Origin: a virus
Taxonomy: Duplodnaviria; Caudoviricetes
Reading direction: 5' to 3' (one strand)
Length of the DNA stretch: 64,000 nt
IMG/VR virus record: IMGVR_UViG_3300010429_001449
Shown: one piece after another, positions 51,485-60,378 of the stretch
Layout of the letters: each line of letters begins with the position of its first letter
Position numbering within the stretch: the stretch's first letter is position 1
Program-made: the position numbers and the translations under genes
Notes under the pieces: generated by a model
Told to the model about the DNA's origin: nothing
The model's input: only the letters and a program-made list of their open reading frames with translations
The model's database searches: none

Positions 51485-52195
51485 TTATGACGGCTGTCCT
51501 GTGTTGTTGGTGTTGCCTTGTCCGTCCTGGATGCGGTACAGGGCGTCCAGCCATGCGTAGAACATCTTCTGGGCGAAGTAGCCCGTCTCTACCGCCATCA
51601 TCTTGGCTGTTCCGGCAAGCTCCCAGTAACAGTCGAGAGGAAGCTCTGTGCCGGGCGCTCTGTAAAACAGCGCGTAGTAGTAAACCACCAGCGGCTCAAC
51701 CGTTATGGCCGACGTATTGATGACTGCCGAGTCGCCGGACACCATTGGCGCTCCGGCATTCGTGATCGTGAACGAGACGGGGCCGACGAAAGGAACGCCG
51801 ACCGTGCCGACGCCAGACCGTCCTTGCGCCGCGCCGGTGACGTAGAAGGCCGTTGGACTGGTAAAGATGACGCTCCAAGCGTCGGGGGCGTAGGCGGCGT
51901 CAACCGTTACCGTCGAAAAGACAGCGTCTCCGCTCCAAGTGCCAAGTACCGGCGTAGGCTGCTCAATGTCGTTGGTGCGCGTCAAGTCAGCCAGATAGCC
52001 GGGGTCGAAGGCCACGTCCGACTCGAAGATGGTAAGCCCGTCTTTTGCCGTCTCGGGGAAGGACGTTTCTCTCCGAACAATCCTTATGCGGTCAACAGCC
52101 GGAGTAAACGAGTAGTTCCACGTCAGGACAATCTGTGGCCCTTCGTAAGCCCTTCGGGCTATAAGCGGCTGTGTGATTAAGATGATCTCAGACAT
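51485..52195 (-). CDS. Baseplate-associated protein
   Basis: FnIII-like LTW..RIVRR..FP...DG..YYYALF with an inserted domain shared with baseplate J. Confidence 0.65.
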   Translation of the reverse strand: MSEIILITQPLIARRAYEGPQIVLTWNYSFTPAVDRIRIVRRETSFPETAKDGLTIFESDVAFDPGYLADLTRTNDIEQPTPVLGTWSGDAVFSTVTVDAAYAPDAWSVIFTSPTAFYVTGAAQGRSGVGTVGVPFVGPVSFTITNAGAPMVSGDSAVINTSAITVEPLVVYYYALFYRAPGTELPLDCYWELAGTAKMMAVETGYFAQKMFYAWLDALYRIQDGQGNTNNTGQPS

Positions 52196-52197
52196 GG

Positions 52198-53910
52198 CTA
52201 GTCAACGCACCTTCTGGTTGTCACAACCTGTTCGGGGCCTTGCTCGAACGTCAGGGAGAGCGAGCCGAGCGCGAGCAGACAGCTTTCCAGCGGCGTAACG
52301 GCTCCGAGCCTATCCGTAGTACGGAAGCGGGCCTTGTCGCCCGCCAACATAGGATCAGGCCCCGGATTAGTGATCGTGAAGATTATGGTACTGTTGAACT
52401 CGATGCCGACTTGTCCTGTTCCTATCAACCCGGCGTTGGAGCCTCGAACGGCGAAGTTCGTAGCGTCTGTAAACGTTACCTCCCACGCATCGGGGGCGGC
52501 GGTAGGACTTACGTCTATGTCCGAAAGGACCGCATCACCGCGCCACGGACTCAAAACGGGTTGCGGGAGAAGGGTAAAGACCGACAGGTCGGCGGACTCC
52601 ACTCCTTGAACGCCCGTTATCGTGTCGTACACGCTGCTCTGGTGCAACGGAAGGCCAAAGCCTATCAGAGGGCTGTCTTCCTCGAAAATTGCCTGTACAG
52701 CGGCTATAACGGCTGTCTGAACGGTATCCAGATCGAAGCCGTCAAGAACACGCACTTTCCCTTCAATCCGAACTTGCTCCGTGCAGAATCCCGCCACAGT
52801 CACGACCGTACAAGAACTCTTGCGCCCTTCGAGGAACTCGTAGATTTGTTGCTGCAGCAACGATGTTGGTTGCCCGCCGCCCGCAGGGTAGACGTAGAGG
52901 CGGATTGTGCAGCAGCCGCTCTCGATGTTATGCGCGTCATGCACAATGGCGCGGGCCTTCTTGATCTGGGAGAACTCAGCCAGAACCAGATTCTCATAAT
53001 CCTCCGGCGTGACGGCTCGGTAGAGGGCGCGGAGCGATGCCGGGCCGAGAATCTTAGCCTCTTCAATCGTCTCGCCGTCTCTGCCGCCCGACGCTGCGCT
53101 GGGATTGTTTACCGTAACGCCCGCCGGAACAGCCGTTACGAACGTCGTCAGCGTCGCCGCTCCGACGTTTCCGGCAGCGCCGACTCCAATGCGGTAAACG
53201 ACTCTGACAATCGCGCCAGCCGCAGGAATCTTGCCTTTGGCTCCGTCACCCAAACGAATATCGAGCGTGCCGTCCAGACCTTCGACGACGACGTAATCGC
53301 GGCTCGACTCCGTAGAGTCAAGGAACGAATCTACCTCCGTCCATAGAACCTCGCCCGATCCTTCGTCTATGTAAACATCGATGCTGTCCAAGTAGACGCC
53401 GCTTCGCGTCAGCGAGAACGTCAGGAACGTCCTGCTTTCCAGGATGTTGTAGAGGTCTTCGACCGTCTGACCTTCTTCTGCGCCTACCGTCTCCGAGTCA
53501 CCCGCTGCGATTGTGACCTCGGCGGTCGTCTCGAAGTACGTGATCGTGTCTCCAGACGTTTGAACGCGGGTACCAGACGGAACTACGACAGAAGAGGTGG
53601 AGCCGTTGGCTATTACGAGATCAACCGAGGCGGGCGTAGGCCCGTCCATCTCGTAGTCAATCAGCTTTACCATATTGGCTACGGACGTGCGAGAAAGCGC
53701 CGTCGGAAGGAAGCACTCGTTAGCGGCGCGGTCGATGTAGAAATGCAATCCGTCAGCGACGTAGGCGAACAGTTCAAGCAACACTATTCCATTGTTAGAG
53801 GCGTTGTGATCTGTCCACTCGGGGTTAAAGTACGGGATCGCCGCGAGCAAAGAGGCGCGGATGCCGTCAAAATCTCTGGAGGTGTAATCTATCTGTATCT
53901 GCTTTGACAT
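52198..53910 (-). CDS. Baseplate J-like wedge protein
   Basis: IDYTSRDF..WTD..GIVLLELFAY..ANE.F, G..GNV, GG.D.E, RAVT.EDY. Confidence 0.92.
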   Translation of the reverse strand: MSKQIQIDYTSRDFDGIRASLLAAIPYFNPEWTDHNASNNGIVLLELFAYVADGLHFYIDRAANECFLPTALSRTSVANMVKLIDYEMDGPTPASVDLVIANGSTSSVVVPSGTRVQTSGDTITYFETTAEVTIAAGDSETVGAEEGQTVEDLYNILESRTFLTFSLTRSGVYLDSIDVYIDEGSGEVLWTEVDSFLDSTESSRDYVVVEGLDGTLDIRLGDGAKGKIPAAGAIVRVVYRIGVGAAGNVGAATLTTFVTAVPAGVTVNNPSAASGGRDGETIEEAKILGPASLRALYRAVTPEDYENLVLAEFSQIKKARAIVHDAHNIESGCCTIRLYVYPAGGGQPTSLLQQQIYEFLEGRKSSCTVVTVAGFCTEQVRIEGKVRVLDGFDLDTVQTAVIAAVQAIFEEDSPLIGFGLPLHQSSVYDTITGVQGVESADLSVFTLLPQPVLSPWRGDAVLSDIDVSPTAAPDAWEVTFTDATNFAVRGSNAGLIGTGQVGIEFNSTIIFTITNPGPDPMLAGDKARFRTTDRLGAVTPLESCLLALGSLSLTFEQGPEQVVTTRRCVD

Positions 53911-53916
53911 TTGTGT

Positions 53917-54414
53917 TTACTGTCCCTCCACGTACTGTTGCCCGGTCGTCATGGCGGATTCGTAGATGGGCTGATTCTCTCCGAGAGCCTCGCGCTGCGT
54001 AGGATCAATGTAGTAAGGCCACACGAGGTTGCCTGTAACATTGGTCTTGATGATTCGGAACTCCACCATGATTTGAAGGATGCCTTTGTCCCGGTAGGTT
54101 CGATCTACTTGGATCGGGCCGACTTCTATACGCGGTTCCCATCGTTGAATGGACTGCCGCACAAGAAAGTCGATGTAGGCGTCCAAGCGGGGATCATTCG
54201 GCTCGAAGAGCAGTTGCCGCAGATTGGTTCCGAAAGTCCGGCGCATCGGTCTGGACCCCGGCGTGCAGCCGAGAATCTGTTGAACGCTCTGCCGAACCAG
54301 TTCGACTGCCTCGGAGTCGCGCAGGCCGCCTAGGTCGGTGAGGCCGCCGTTGCTTCCGAAGCGGAAGGGGAAGGACGGCCCGCGACCTAGAAATCGTCTG
54401 GTTTCAACCGGCAT
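53917..54414 (-). CDS. gp25/gpW baseplate sheath initiator
   Basis: LGRG..FPF, VRQS..IL..PG.R.MR..FG..L..LLFEP, WEPRI, NLVWPYY. Confidence 0.92.
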   Translation of the reverse strand: MPVETRRFLGRGPSFPFRFGSNGGLTDLGGLRDSEAVELVRQSVQQILGCTPGSRPMRRTFGTNLRQLLFEPNDPRLDAYIDFLVRQSIQRWEPRIEVGPIQVDRTYRDKGILQIMVEFRIIKTNVTGNLVWPYYIDPTQREALGENQPIYESAMTTGQQYVEGQ

Positions 54415-54859
54415 GTGTCTTATCTCCGGCGGCGGTCTCGCGCAGCATGTTGGCGAGCGACGACGCTACGCTGCGCGACATCAACACCGCGCTAATCTCT
54501 ACTGTAAGGTCGTGCTTCTCTTGAAGCAAGTCAGAAGGCTTCAATTCGGCCAAACGTTTTCGCAAAAGAATCTGTCTTTCAGCCAAAAAGCTCTCTAGGA
54601 GCGGCAGTTCCGGGATGTTGTTACCGTTCTGGCGCGTCTTGTTCAGGTAGTCCATGACGGCGCTGATGGTCTCTACCTGAGCGCTCAAGACCTCCCTGCG
54701 CCGGTTTGTATCATCAATCCGTTGCTTGACCCGCTCCAACCGCTTTTGTAACTGGTTGATGTAGTCGGGCGTGGCGACGGTATGGATGTCCGCCACGAGT
54801 TGTTCCATCAACTCGCGGACGCGAGGCGGCGCTCCGTGTAGTAGCTTTTCAAGTGACAT
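54404..54859 (-). CDS. Coiled-coil hypothetical protein
   Basis: Heptad-rich ORF in tail operon. Confidence 0.65.
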   Translation of the reverse strand: MSLEKLLHGAPPRVRELMEQLVADIHTVATPDYINQLQKRLERVKQRIDDTNRRREVLSAQVETISAVMDYLNKTRQNGNNIPELPLLESFLAERQILLRKRLAELKPSDLLQEKHDLTVEISAVLMSRSVASSLANMLRETAAGDKTHAG

Positions 54860-54861
54860 CG

Positions 54862-55719
54862 TCACAAACCTATCTGATGCAACACGTCTTTTGCTTGATG
54901 CTGCGACTGCTCCATAATGTCCTGGTCAGCCTCTGCGTTGGCATCGAGGTCTGATCCCGTATTCTTTTGCAGACCAAGAAGATGCAACAAACTGTCCAAA
55001 AGGGTGTTGATGAACGCGAAGATAGAGTTGATCACGTCTGCCACTGGGTTAAGAATAGCCGTCAGTGTTGTGGCAACGGCTTGTAGCGACTGCTTAGCCA
55101 CGTTCATCAGAACATTGTATATGCCTGACGCGAAAGCGATAGCCGCGTTGATCTTGTCGAACGGGTTTTTGCACTCGCTTATCTGAGAAAAACCGAGGTC
55201 GTCCAAGGTCTCTTTGGACTTTTTCAGAGCCTCCCAAGCATCCTCTATCTCGGCCATAGCATTCAAGGAGCTTGCCGCCAACACCTTAGTGGCATTGATT
55301 AGCGGAGCGAACACGGATTCTGCCACGCTGGTTGCTTCGCTGGCATGTTGAAGGTGGAAATCGACTCCGCTCTCCTGCGTGTCGGCTTCGGCTATTCTTT
55401 CGGCGTTAGCCTGCATGTCTTGTAGCTGGCTCGTTCTTTCAGCACGCTTGCCTTTCGTGCATGTCTGTGGCGCACTCAGCGCGTCGGAGCCGAACACAGG
55501 AAACGGCGGGAGGATTTCGGATAGGCCGAAAATGCTCAGGAAGCCATTAATCAAGTCTTCGATAGGCTTGAGTAGTGTGTACAAGACTTCGTTGAGAAGC
55601 CCCACCAGTAACGACCAGATGAAGCTTTCCGCATCGTCCTTATTCAAAGCCTTGTCGATCCAGCTAGTAAGGTCTATCTGCGCAGCTTTTAGCTTCGACA
55701 CGCTACAACCAGTAGCCAT
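54862..55719 (-). CDS. Helical hypothetical protein downstream of spike
   Basis: GGAG RBS; amphipathic helices. Confidence 0.7.
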   Translation of the reverse strand: MATGCSVSKLKAAQIDLTSWIDKALNKDDAESFIWSLLVGLLNEVLYTLLKPIEDLINGFLSIFGLSEILPPFPVFGSDALSAPQTCTKGKRAERTSQLQDMQANAERIAEADTQESGVDFHLQHASEATSVAESVFAPLINATKVLAASSLNAMAEIEDAWEALKKSKETLDDLGFSQISECKNPFDKINAAIAFASGIYNVLMNVAKQSLQAVATTLTAILNPVADVINSIFAFINTLLDSLLHLLGLQKNTGSDLDANAEADQDIMEQSQHQAKDVLHQIGL

Positions 55720-55730
55720 TATTCCATCTC

Positions 55731-56615
55731 CTAAGCAGAAACCTCATCCACAGGATGACCGATTCTGATGTCCTTACCCCTCGCGTAACGCACACTATTC
55801 TTGCCGATAATGTCTCGCTTATCTCCTACGACAGTTCGGCCAAAGTCCTTTTGATGAATCCATTGAGTCTCCCCACGAACCAAACAGTAGAAATTCCCGT
55901 CTACTTCCAGGCGGTAATCTCCTAGAGTACGAAGCGTGGCGTTGCCCTCTACAACAATGTCTTGATCTCCGTAGACGTGCAGTCTGTCATCGCCAGTGCC
56001 GGTCGCGCCAGCTTCGACAGTCACCCACCGTTGATTCTTGTGTCGCTCGACCATCGTCCCGTCTGGATGACGTTCTTGCCATGTCTGTGTCGGGTGCCAG
56101 ACGTGAACGCGCTCTTGTCCTTCGGTGTCGTCGATTTCAATCCTGATACCAGACTTTGTCACAAGGACGCGGTTGGATGGGTACTTAGCTGCGTAAGGAG
56201 GCGGCGGTTCCGAAAGAGTAGGCCCTGCCGCGCTTCGCATCGTATCCGTGCCTTTCGGACCGAGCTTGGCGGATTCGTCCGTTTTCCCGCCTGCGTCTAC
56301 GCCTTTAGCGAGAAGAGGTATGTCTGAAACGCCTTTAGGAAAACCCCACCAACCTCCCCACCAGACAGGGTTGCAACTGCTGCCGTTCTCGAAGAAGACC
56401 CATACAGTAGCGTCTTTATCCGGAATCTTGAACTCGCCGAGACCCTCGCCGGTCAGTGCGCCACAGGCGGGCAGCGACCAATCTGAGATAAGGTCTTTAC
56501 CATAAACAGCAGGGATGATAAGGCGGAGACGACCCGTTTTGTGGGGATCGTTGTTGTCGTAAACAATAGCCTTGTATTGACCGTAGTAAGTGCCTCTGGC
56601 CTTATCCGGACACAT
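55731..56615 (-). CDS. Baseplate spike (gp5/VgrG/gpV OB-fold plus beta-helix), no lysozyme domain
   Basis: YYG.Y.A.V.DN.DP...GRL...P, P.....VWVFFE.G...PVW.G, SG..IE.DDT.G.ER. Confidence 0.9.
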   Translation of the reverse strand: MCPDKARGTYYGQYKAIVYDNNDPHKTGRLRLIIPAVYGKDLISDWSLPACGALTGEGLGEFKIPDKDATVWVFFENGSSCNPVWWGGWWGFPKGVSDIPLLAKGVDAGGKTDESAKLGPKGTDTMRSAAGPTLSEPPPPYAAKYPSNRVLVTKSGIRIEIDDTEGQERVHVWHPTQTWQERHPDGTMVERHKNQRWVTVEAGATGTGDDRLHVYGDQDIVVEGNATLRTLGDYRLEVDGNFYCLVRGETQWIHQKDFGRTVVGDKRDIIGKNSVRYARGKDIRIGHPVDEVSA

Positions 56616-56853
56616 CTATCACCCTCCCACAGGCAGGGCATGTTCTTTTGATCGAGGTCTCGTTCGTTCCGGCCTTGAACCCAACAACAACGTGCATCAG
56701 CTTCCCGCAATCCGGGCAGCGTTTATTGGTATTGGGATCGTAGGCTTTGGCAAGAAGACGCTTGACATCGTCCTGCGTCTGCTTCGGCGGGCGAACATCG
56801 CCGGACGATCTAACCTGCCGCCGTAACGACTTGTCACCACAACAGTTGGCCAT
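56602..56853 (-). CDS. Small Zn-ribbon protein
   Basis: CPDCG...CPACG. Confidence 0.65.
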   Translation of the reverse strand: MANCCGDKSLRRQVRSSGDVRPPKQTQDDVKRLLAKAYDPNTNKRCPDCGKLMHVVVGFKAGTNETSIKRTCPACGRVIDVSG

Positions 56854-58212
56854 TTAAGTCAGTGCTCCCACTAGCCGCAACACAGTTGCGACACCCTCGC
56901 TAATCAATGTACCAAGAGGACGCCTTCCTGCCAAGAGACTATCACCGGCTTTTTCTCGATAAGTCCTAGAAAGCTCGAATTCAGTCACGTACTCGCCGCG
57001 CATATAACGATGCGTCACGGACGTAACGTAGTAGTAGCCACCGTGCCTCCCCGCATTAACCACCAAGACAACTTGACGCGGGGCCAATTTCTCTAAGCCA
57101 AACGTCATTCCAGACGCCTCCATAAACCACTTGGAGGCGTCGGCTCTTCCCTGCAGCCAGGGAACGATATGAGAAAGCTCATTGCCCGACACAGTAGTTT
57201 CAACCTCGTACTGTACCGGAACGTCCGCTCCTTCGCCTATCCTTGTGGCTTCTGCAGAAGACTGGATTATTCCTTTGCTCGCGCTCTTGAGTAGCGTTGT
57301 AATATTGTCGTCCTTGTCCATCAGGGCAACGGCATTGACAGGTTCTCTTGGGTTGGCGTAGTCAATCTGGTCGGTCTTGAACTGAACTCCGCGCATGAAC
57401 ACGTCTGACGACACCGAGAAATCAGCTACGTTGGACTGGTTGCCGCTCAGCAAAACGAAAGTAAACTGAGAAGGAATCATTCTCGGTTTGTGAAAGTGCA
57501 GAACAGCCTTTTTTCCTATTCCACCGCCCTCCACGAAGAGAGCATAGCCAAAACGTTCGGCCAAATAGTCCAAGAAGGCCCAGTCAGTACGATTGACTTG
57601 CGGCTGCATAGGCAGAGGCATACCCGTATTCTCTATCTCCGTGTCCAAGTCATACATAGCCGCGATGTCTCTGACGATGGTTTCGGCTTTTATCCCATCT
57701 TTAGGCGTCCCCCACATCCGTCTCTTTTCCGTGGCGGCCAGCTTAAACTGTTCTCCAAAACAGACCAGAGACATCATTACCTGCCCCTGATTATTGACAG
57801 AGAACTTAGGCTTGTGCGTGTAGAACGCGCCGCCAACCTGCTCAAGCCCGGTTGCGGGATAACCCATTCTGATTTCGACCTTGCGCCATTCTTCTAACGC
57901 GGGGTCGTTAACCCACTCAGCATCGGGTTGAACAATATCAATGAAGGCTATCGGAGCGGAGTGATCGTGGACAAGACGCACCTCTACTTTGTTGACGACC
58001 ACGTTGTCATTGAAAGAGATTTTGCCATACCCTTCGATCTCCAGGGCTACTAGAGGGCTAGTTCGGTCTGCGCGAGAAACTTTTCCGGTTTCGGCGTCTG
58101 AAATATGCGTCAAAGGATCACGGTAAGAATCAACCGGACCCGAATCGCGTGACACGGGTTCAGCCGCTCTTACCACATCAGAAACCGTACTTACTATATC
58201 CAAGAGACCCAT
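56854..58212 (-). CDS. Baseplate hub (late control D / gp27-like)
   Basis: EIRMGY, IA..Y.L, Q...TDWAFL..LA.R.G, G.YYVTSV.H. Confidence 0.85.
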   Translation of the reverse strand: MGLLDIVSTVSDVVRAAEPVSRDSGPVDSYRDPLTHISDAETGKVSRADRTSPLVALEIEGYGKISFNDNVVVNKVEVRLVHDHSAPIAFIDIVQPDAEWVNDPALEEWRKVEIRMGYPATGLEQVGGAFYTHKPKFSVNNQGQVMMSLVCFGEQFKLAATEKRRMWGTPKDGIKAETIVRDIAAMYDLDTEIENTGMPLPMQPQVNRTDWAFLDYLAERFGYALFVEGGGIGKKAVLHFHKPRMIPSQFTFVLLSGNQSNVADFSVSSDVFMRGVQFKTDQIDYANPREPVNAVALMDKDDNITTLLKSASKGIIQSSAEATRIGEGADVPVQYEVETTVSGNELSHIVPWLQGRADASKWFMEASGMTFGLEKLAPRQVVLVVNAGRHGGYYYVTSVTHRYMRGEYVTEFELSRTYREKAGDSLLAGRRPLGTLISEGVATVLRLVGALT

Positions 58213-58520
58213 TACCTTCTTGTCCTCCTGACCAACGCCCGCGTCGGAACAATCAATCTCGATCCTATTTTAATATCCCAGGGGAAAAGGATGTTGTTGA
58301 CCTCCGCTATCATCCACCACAATTGCTCCATGCCGCCATAAGCCAAAGCCAAAGCATCTAAGTCTTGCGGCCCCTCAACAACGTGCTCCACCCAGTCGTC
58401 TTCGGTATCATCGACAGTCATAGGCGTCTGCGGCTGCACCCATCGTTTGACAGACCCATCGCTTAGAGTGATGCCGATGAAATTCGCTCCGTCATATCTT
58501 GAATTCCGAAAGACAGGCAT
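58212..58520 (-). CDS. LysM/gpX-like baseplate protein
   Basis: SRY...LD.LA..YG....WW.IAEVN.I..P..I..G..LIVP. Confidence 0.88.
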   Translation of the reverse strand: MPVFRNSRYDGANFIGITLSDGSVKRWVQPQTPMTVDDTEDDWVEHVVEGPQDLDALALAYGGMEQLWWMIAEVNNILFPWDIKIGSRLIVPTRALVRRTRR

Positions 58521-58530
58521 AGCACGCTCC

Positions 58531-59433
58531 TTACTCGGCGGTTTCCGCCATTGTTACACCCGTTTCTCTAGTCGTTCCCGTCTGCAAAGCTACATCTTTT
58601 CCCCAGCTAACGGGCCTAAGCTCAGGGAAGAACACTTGCTCCTTTATAGTAAGCGAGACATAGGCGCGGAGAGGAATCAGATGATCCGGAGACCATTTGA
58701 CGTGCTCTATAGTAAGGTCATCCACGACTCCGACCATATAATCAGCCCATATGAGTAAGAGGACTGGAGGTCGCCACCGATTAGCCAAATCAGCGGGGCC
58801 AGCAGGAGTGAATTTAGGCATCTTTCCAGTGCTTTTCAGCCGGAGCCACTCCAACGATCCGTTTACGTCCTTGAACCCCATCTTTGTCCGCGCCGCCAAG
58901 TCCTCGCCCCAATCGTTGAACAGCAGCTTGAACCCCATAGTACGAGGTTTGTTCCATTTGTAGATCAGACCTTGCTGGAACTTAGGCAAAATAGCCGCTT
59001 CAGGAACAGAGTAGTCCGGTTCGAGCACTTCAGTCAGTTCTTCTGGATTGTAATGACAAGCAAGCACGCCCGGTAGCTGGTATTTGTTTCCGAGGAAGTT
59101 GATGCCGGAGTTGTACATCCAATTGCTGAACTCAAGCGTGAGGCTGTTCACCATCCCAAGATCAACGATGAGCAGCTTGTCGAATGCGCCGACTTGACGA
59201 AAATCGTTTCCTTCGGGCGAGGCCCCGTCATAGAAACTTCGAGTATGCTGCGCTAAGAGTCCAGCACGAGTTGTGAATTTTTCGTACGCACTTAGGGAAG
59301 ACGCTGCCTCAGCATCATCTGAAAACTTTGACCGAGGATCATCCATCTCAGCCAAACCGGCTCCCGCCGCGATATCTCCATAGACATTTATAAGTCCAAA
59401 ACCAGCACGTTCTAGCCAAGTACGCACACCCAT
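58531..59433 (-). CDS. Tail tube initiator (CIS_tube-like), paralog 1
   Basis: YNPE.L....Y...F.LLFND...PPVL.L.W...GVV..L.I......P.RA.VSL.I.E. Confidence 0.75.
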   Translation of the reverse strand: MGVRTWLERAGFGLINVYGDIAAGAGLAEMDDPRSKFSDDAEAASSLSAYEKFTTRAGLLAQHTRSFYDGASPEGNDFRQVGAFDKLLIVDLGMVNSLTLEFSNWMYNSGINFLGNKYQLPGVLACHYNPEELTEVLEPDYSVPEAAILPKFQQGLIYKWNKPRTMGFKLLFNDWGEDLAARTKMGFKDVNGSLEWLRLKSTGKMPKFTPAGPADLANRWRPPVLLLIWADYMVGVVDDLTIEHVKWSPDHLIPLRAYVSLTIKEQVFFPELRPVSWGKDVALQTGTTRETGVTMAETAE

Positions 59434-60378
59434 TTAAGTGCCTCCTCCGGTCTCAGTTGCTTCTGTTGATTCGGTGGTTAAGGGTCTGCTGTACCGATAT
59501 GCGACAGTGTACTGATCCTTGCCGAAGCTGGCAGACGTTACGCCGGGGAAGAACACCTGTTCGTCGATGCTTAGAGACGCCGTAGCCCGAATAGGAATCA
59601 AACCTTGTGGGGACCACTTCATGTGTTTTATCGTGAGCGTCCGTATTACGCCTACCAAACGTCCGTTGACGCTTTGTCCTCCCCACAAAACCATCAAGAC
59701 GGGAGGCTTCCACCGATTGGCCAAATCAACAGGATTCCATGTTTTGGTTTTAGGCTTTCCTCCCGCAGGGGACGGCTTAATACCTCTAGCCTTGCTGCGC
59801 AACCAAGATATAGACGAGTTGACGTTTCTGAATCCCATACTGGAGTACACCTCGCTGCCCCAATCGTTGAGCAGAATCTCAAACGAAAGATTTGTAGGTC
59901 GGTTCCACTTATAAATAAGTCCCTGAGAGAAGCTGCTCGTTATCGCAGCTTCAGGAACACTGTACTCCGGTTTGATATGCTCAACGACCCTTTCAGGATT
60001 GTACTGGCAGATGAAAATGCGGTTGTTGACTCTCGTTGCGCCGCTTCTAGCATCAGTACTGGACTTGCCCAACGAGTCTATTGATTCCTCGCTGAAATCA
60101 GCAAGGTCTATCAACGTCAGTTTGTTGAGCAGCCGCGTTCCTCGGAAGTTCAACGGATCAGAGGGAGGAGCCGCGTCGAGAAATTCCTTGGTAGCGTCCG
60201 CTATCTTATCAAAACGAGATACAAGCGTAGCCCAGTCGAGACGGTTTGATGCGGGGTCTCTGGTAGGAGTTTCATCAGTAGCGGCACCGCCTCCCCGCGA
60301 TAACAGCGTTCGCATAGCCGCTCCGGGGCTATCAAACATTCTGTCAGATGATCGATCAACTAGCTCACGCTCTGCCAT
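59434..60378 (-). CDS. Tail tube initiator (CIS_tube-like), paralog 2
   Basis: Same motifs; shares YSVPEAAI, QGLIYKWN, DLANRW, EQVFFP with paralog 1. Confidence 0.75.
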   Translation of the reverse strand: MAERELVDRSSDRMFDSPGAAMRTLLSRGGGAATDETPTRDPASNRLDWATLVSRFDKIADATKEFLDAAPPSDPLNFRGTRLLNKLTLIDLADFSEESIDSLGKSSTDARSGATRVNNRIFICQYNPERVVEHIKPEYSVPEAAITSSFSQGLIYKWNRPTNLSFEILLNDWGSEVYSSMGFRNVNSSISWLRSKARGIKPSPAGGKPKTKTWNPVDLANRWKPPVLMVLWGGQSVNGRLVGVIRTLTIKHMKWSPQGLIPIRATASLSIDEQVFFPGVTSASFGKDQYTVAYRYSRPLTTESTEATETGGGT

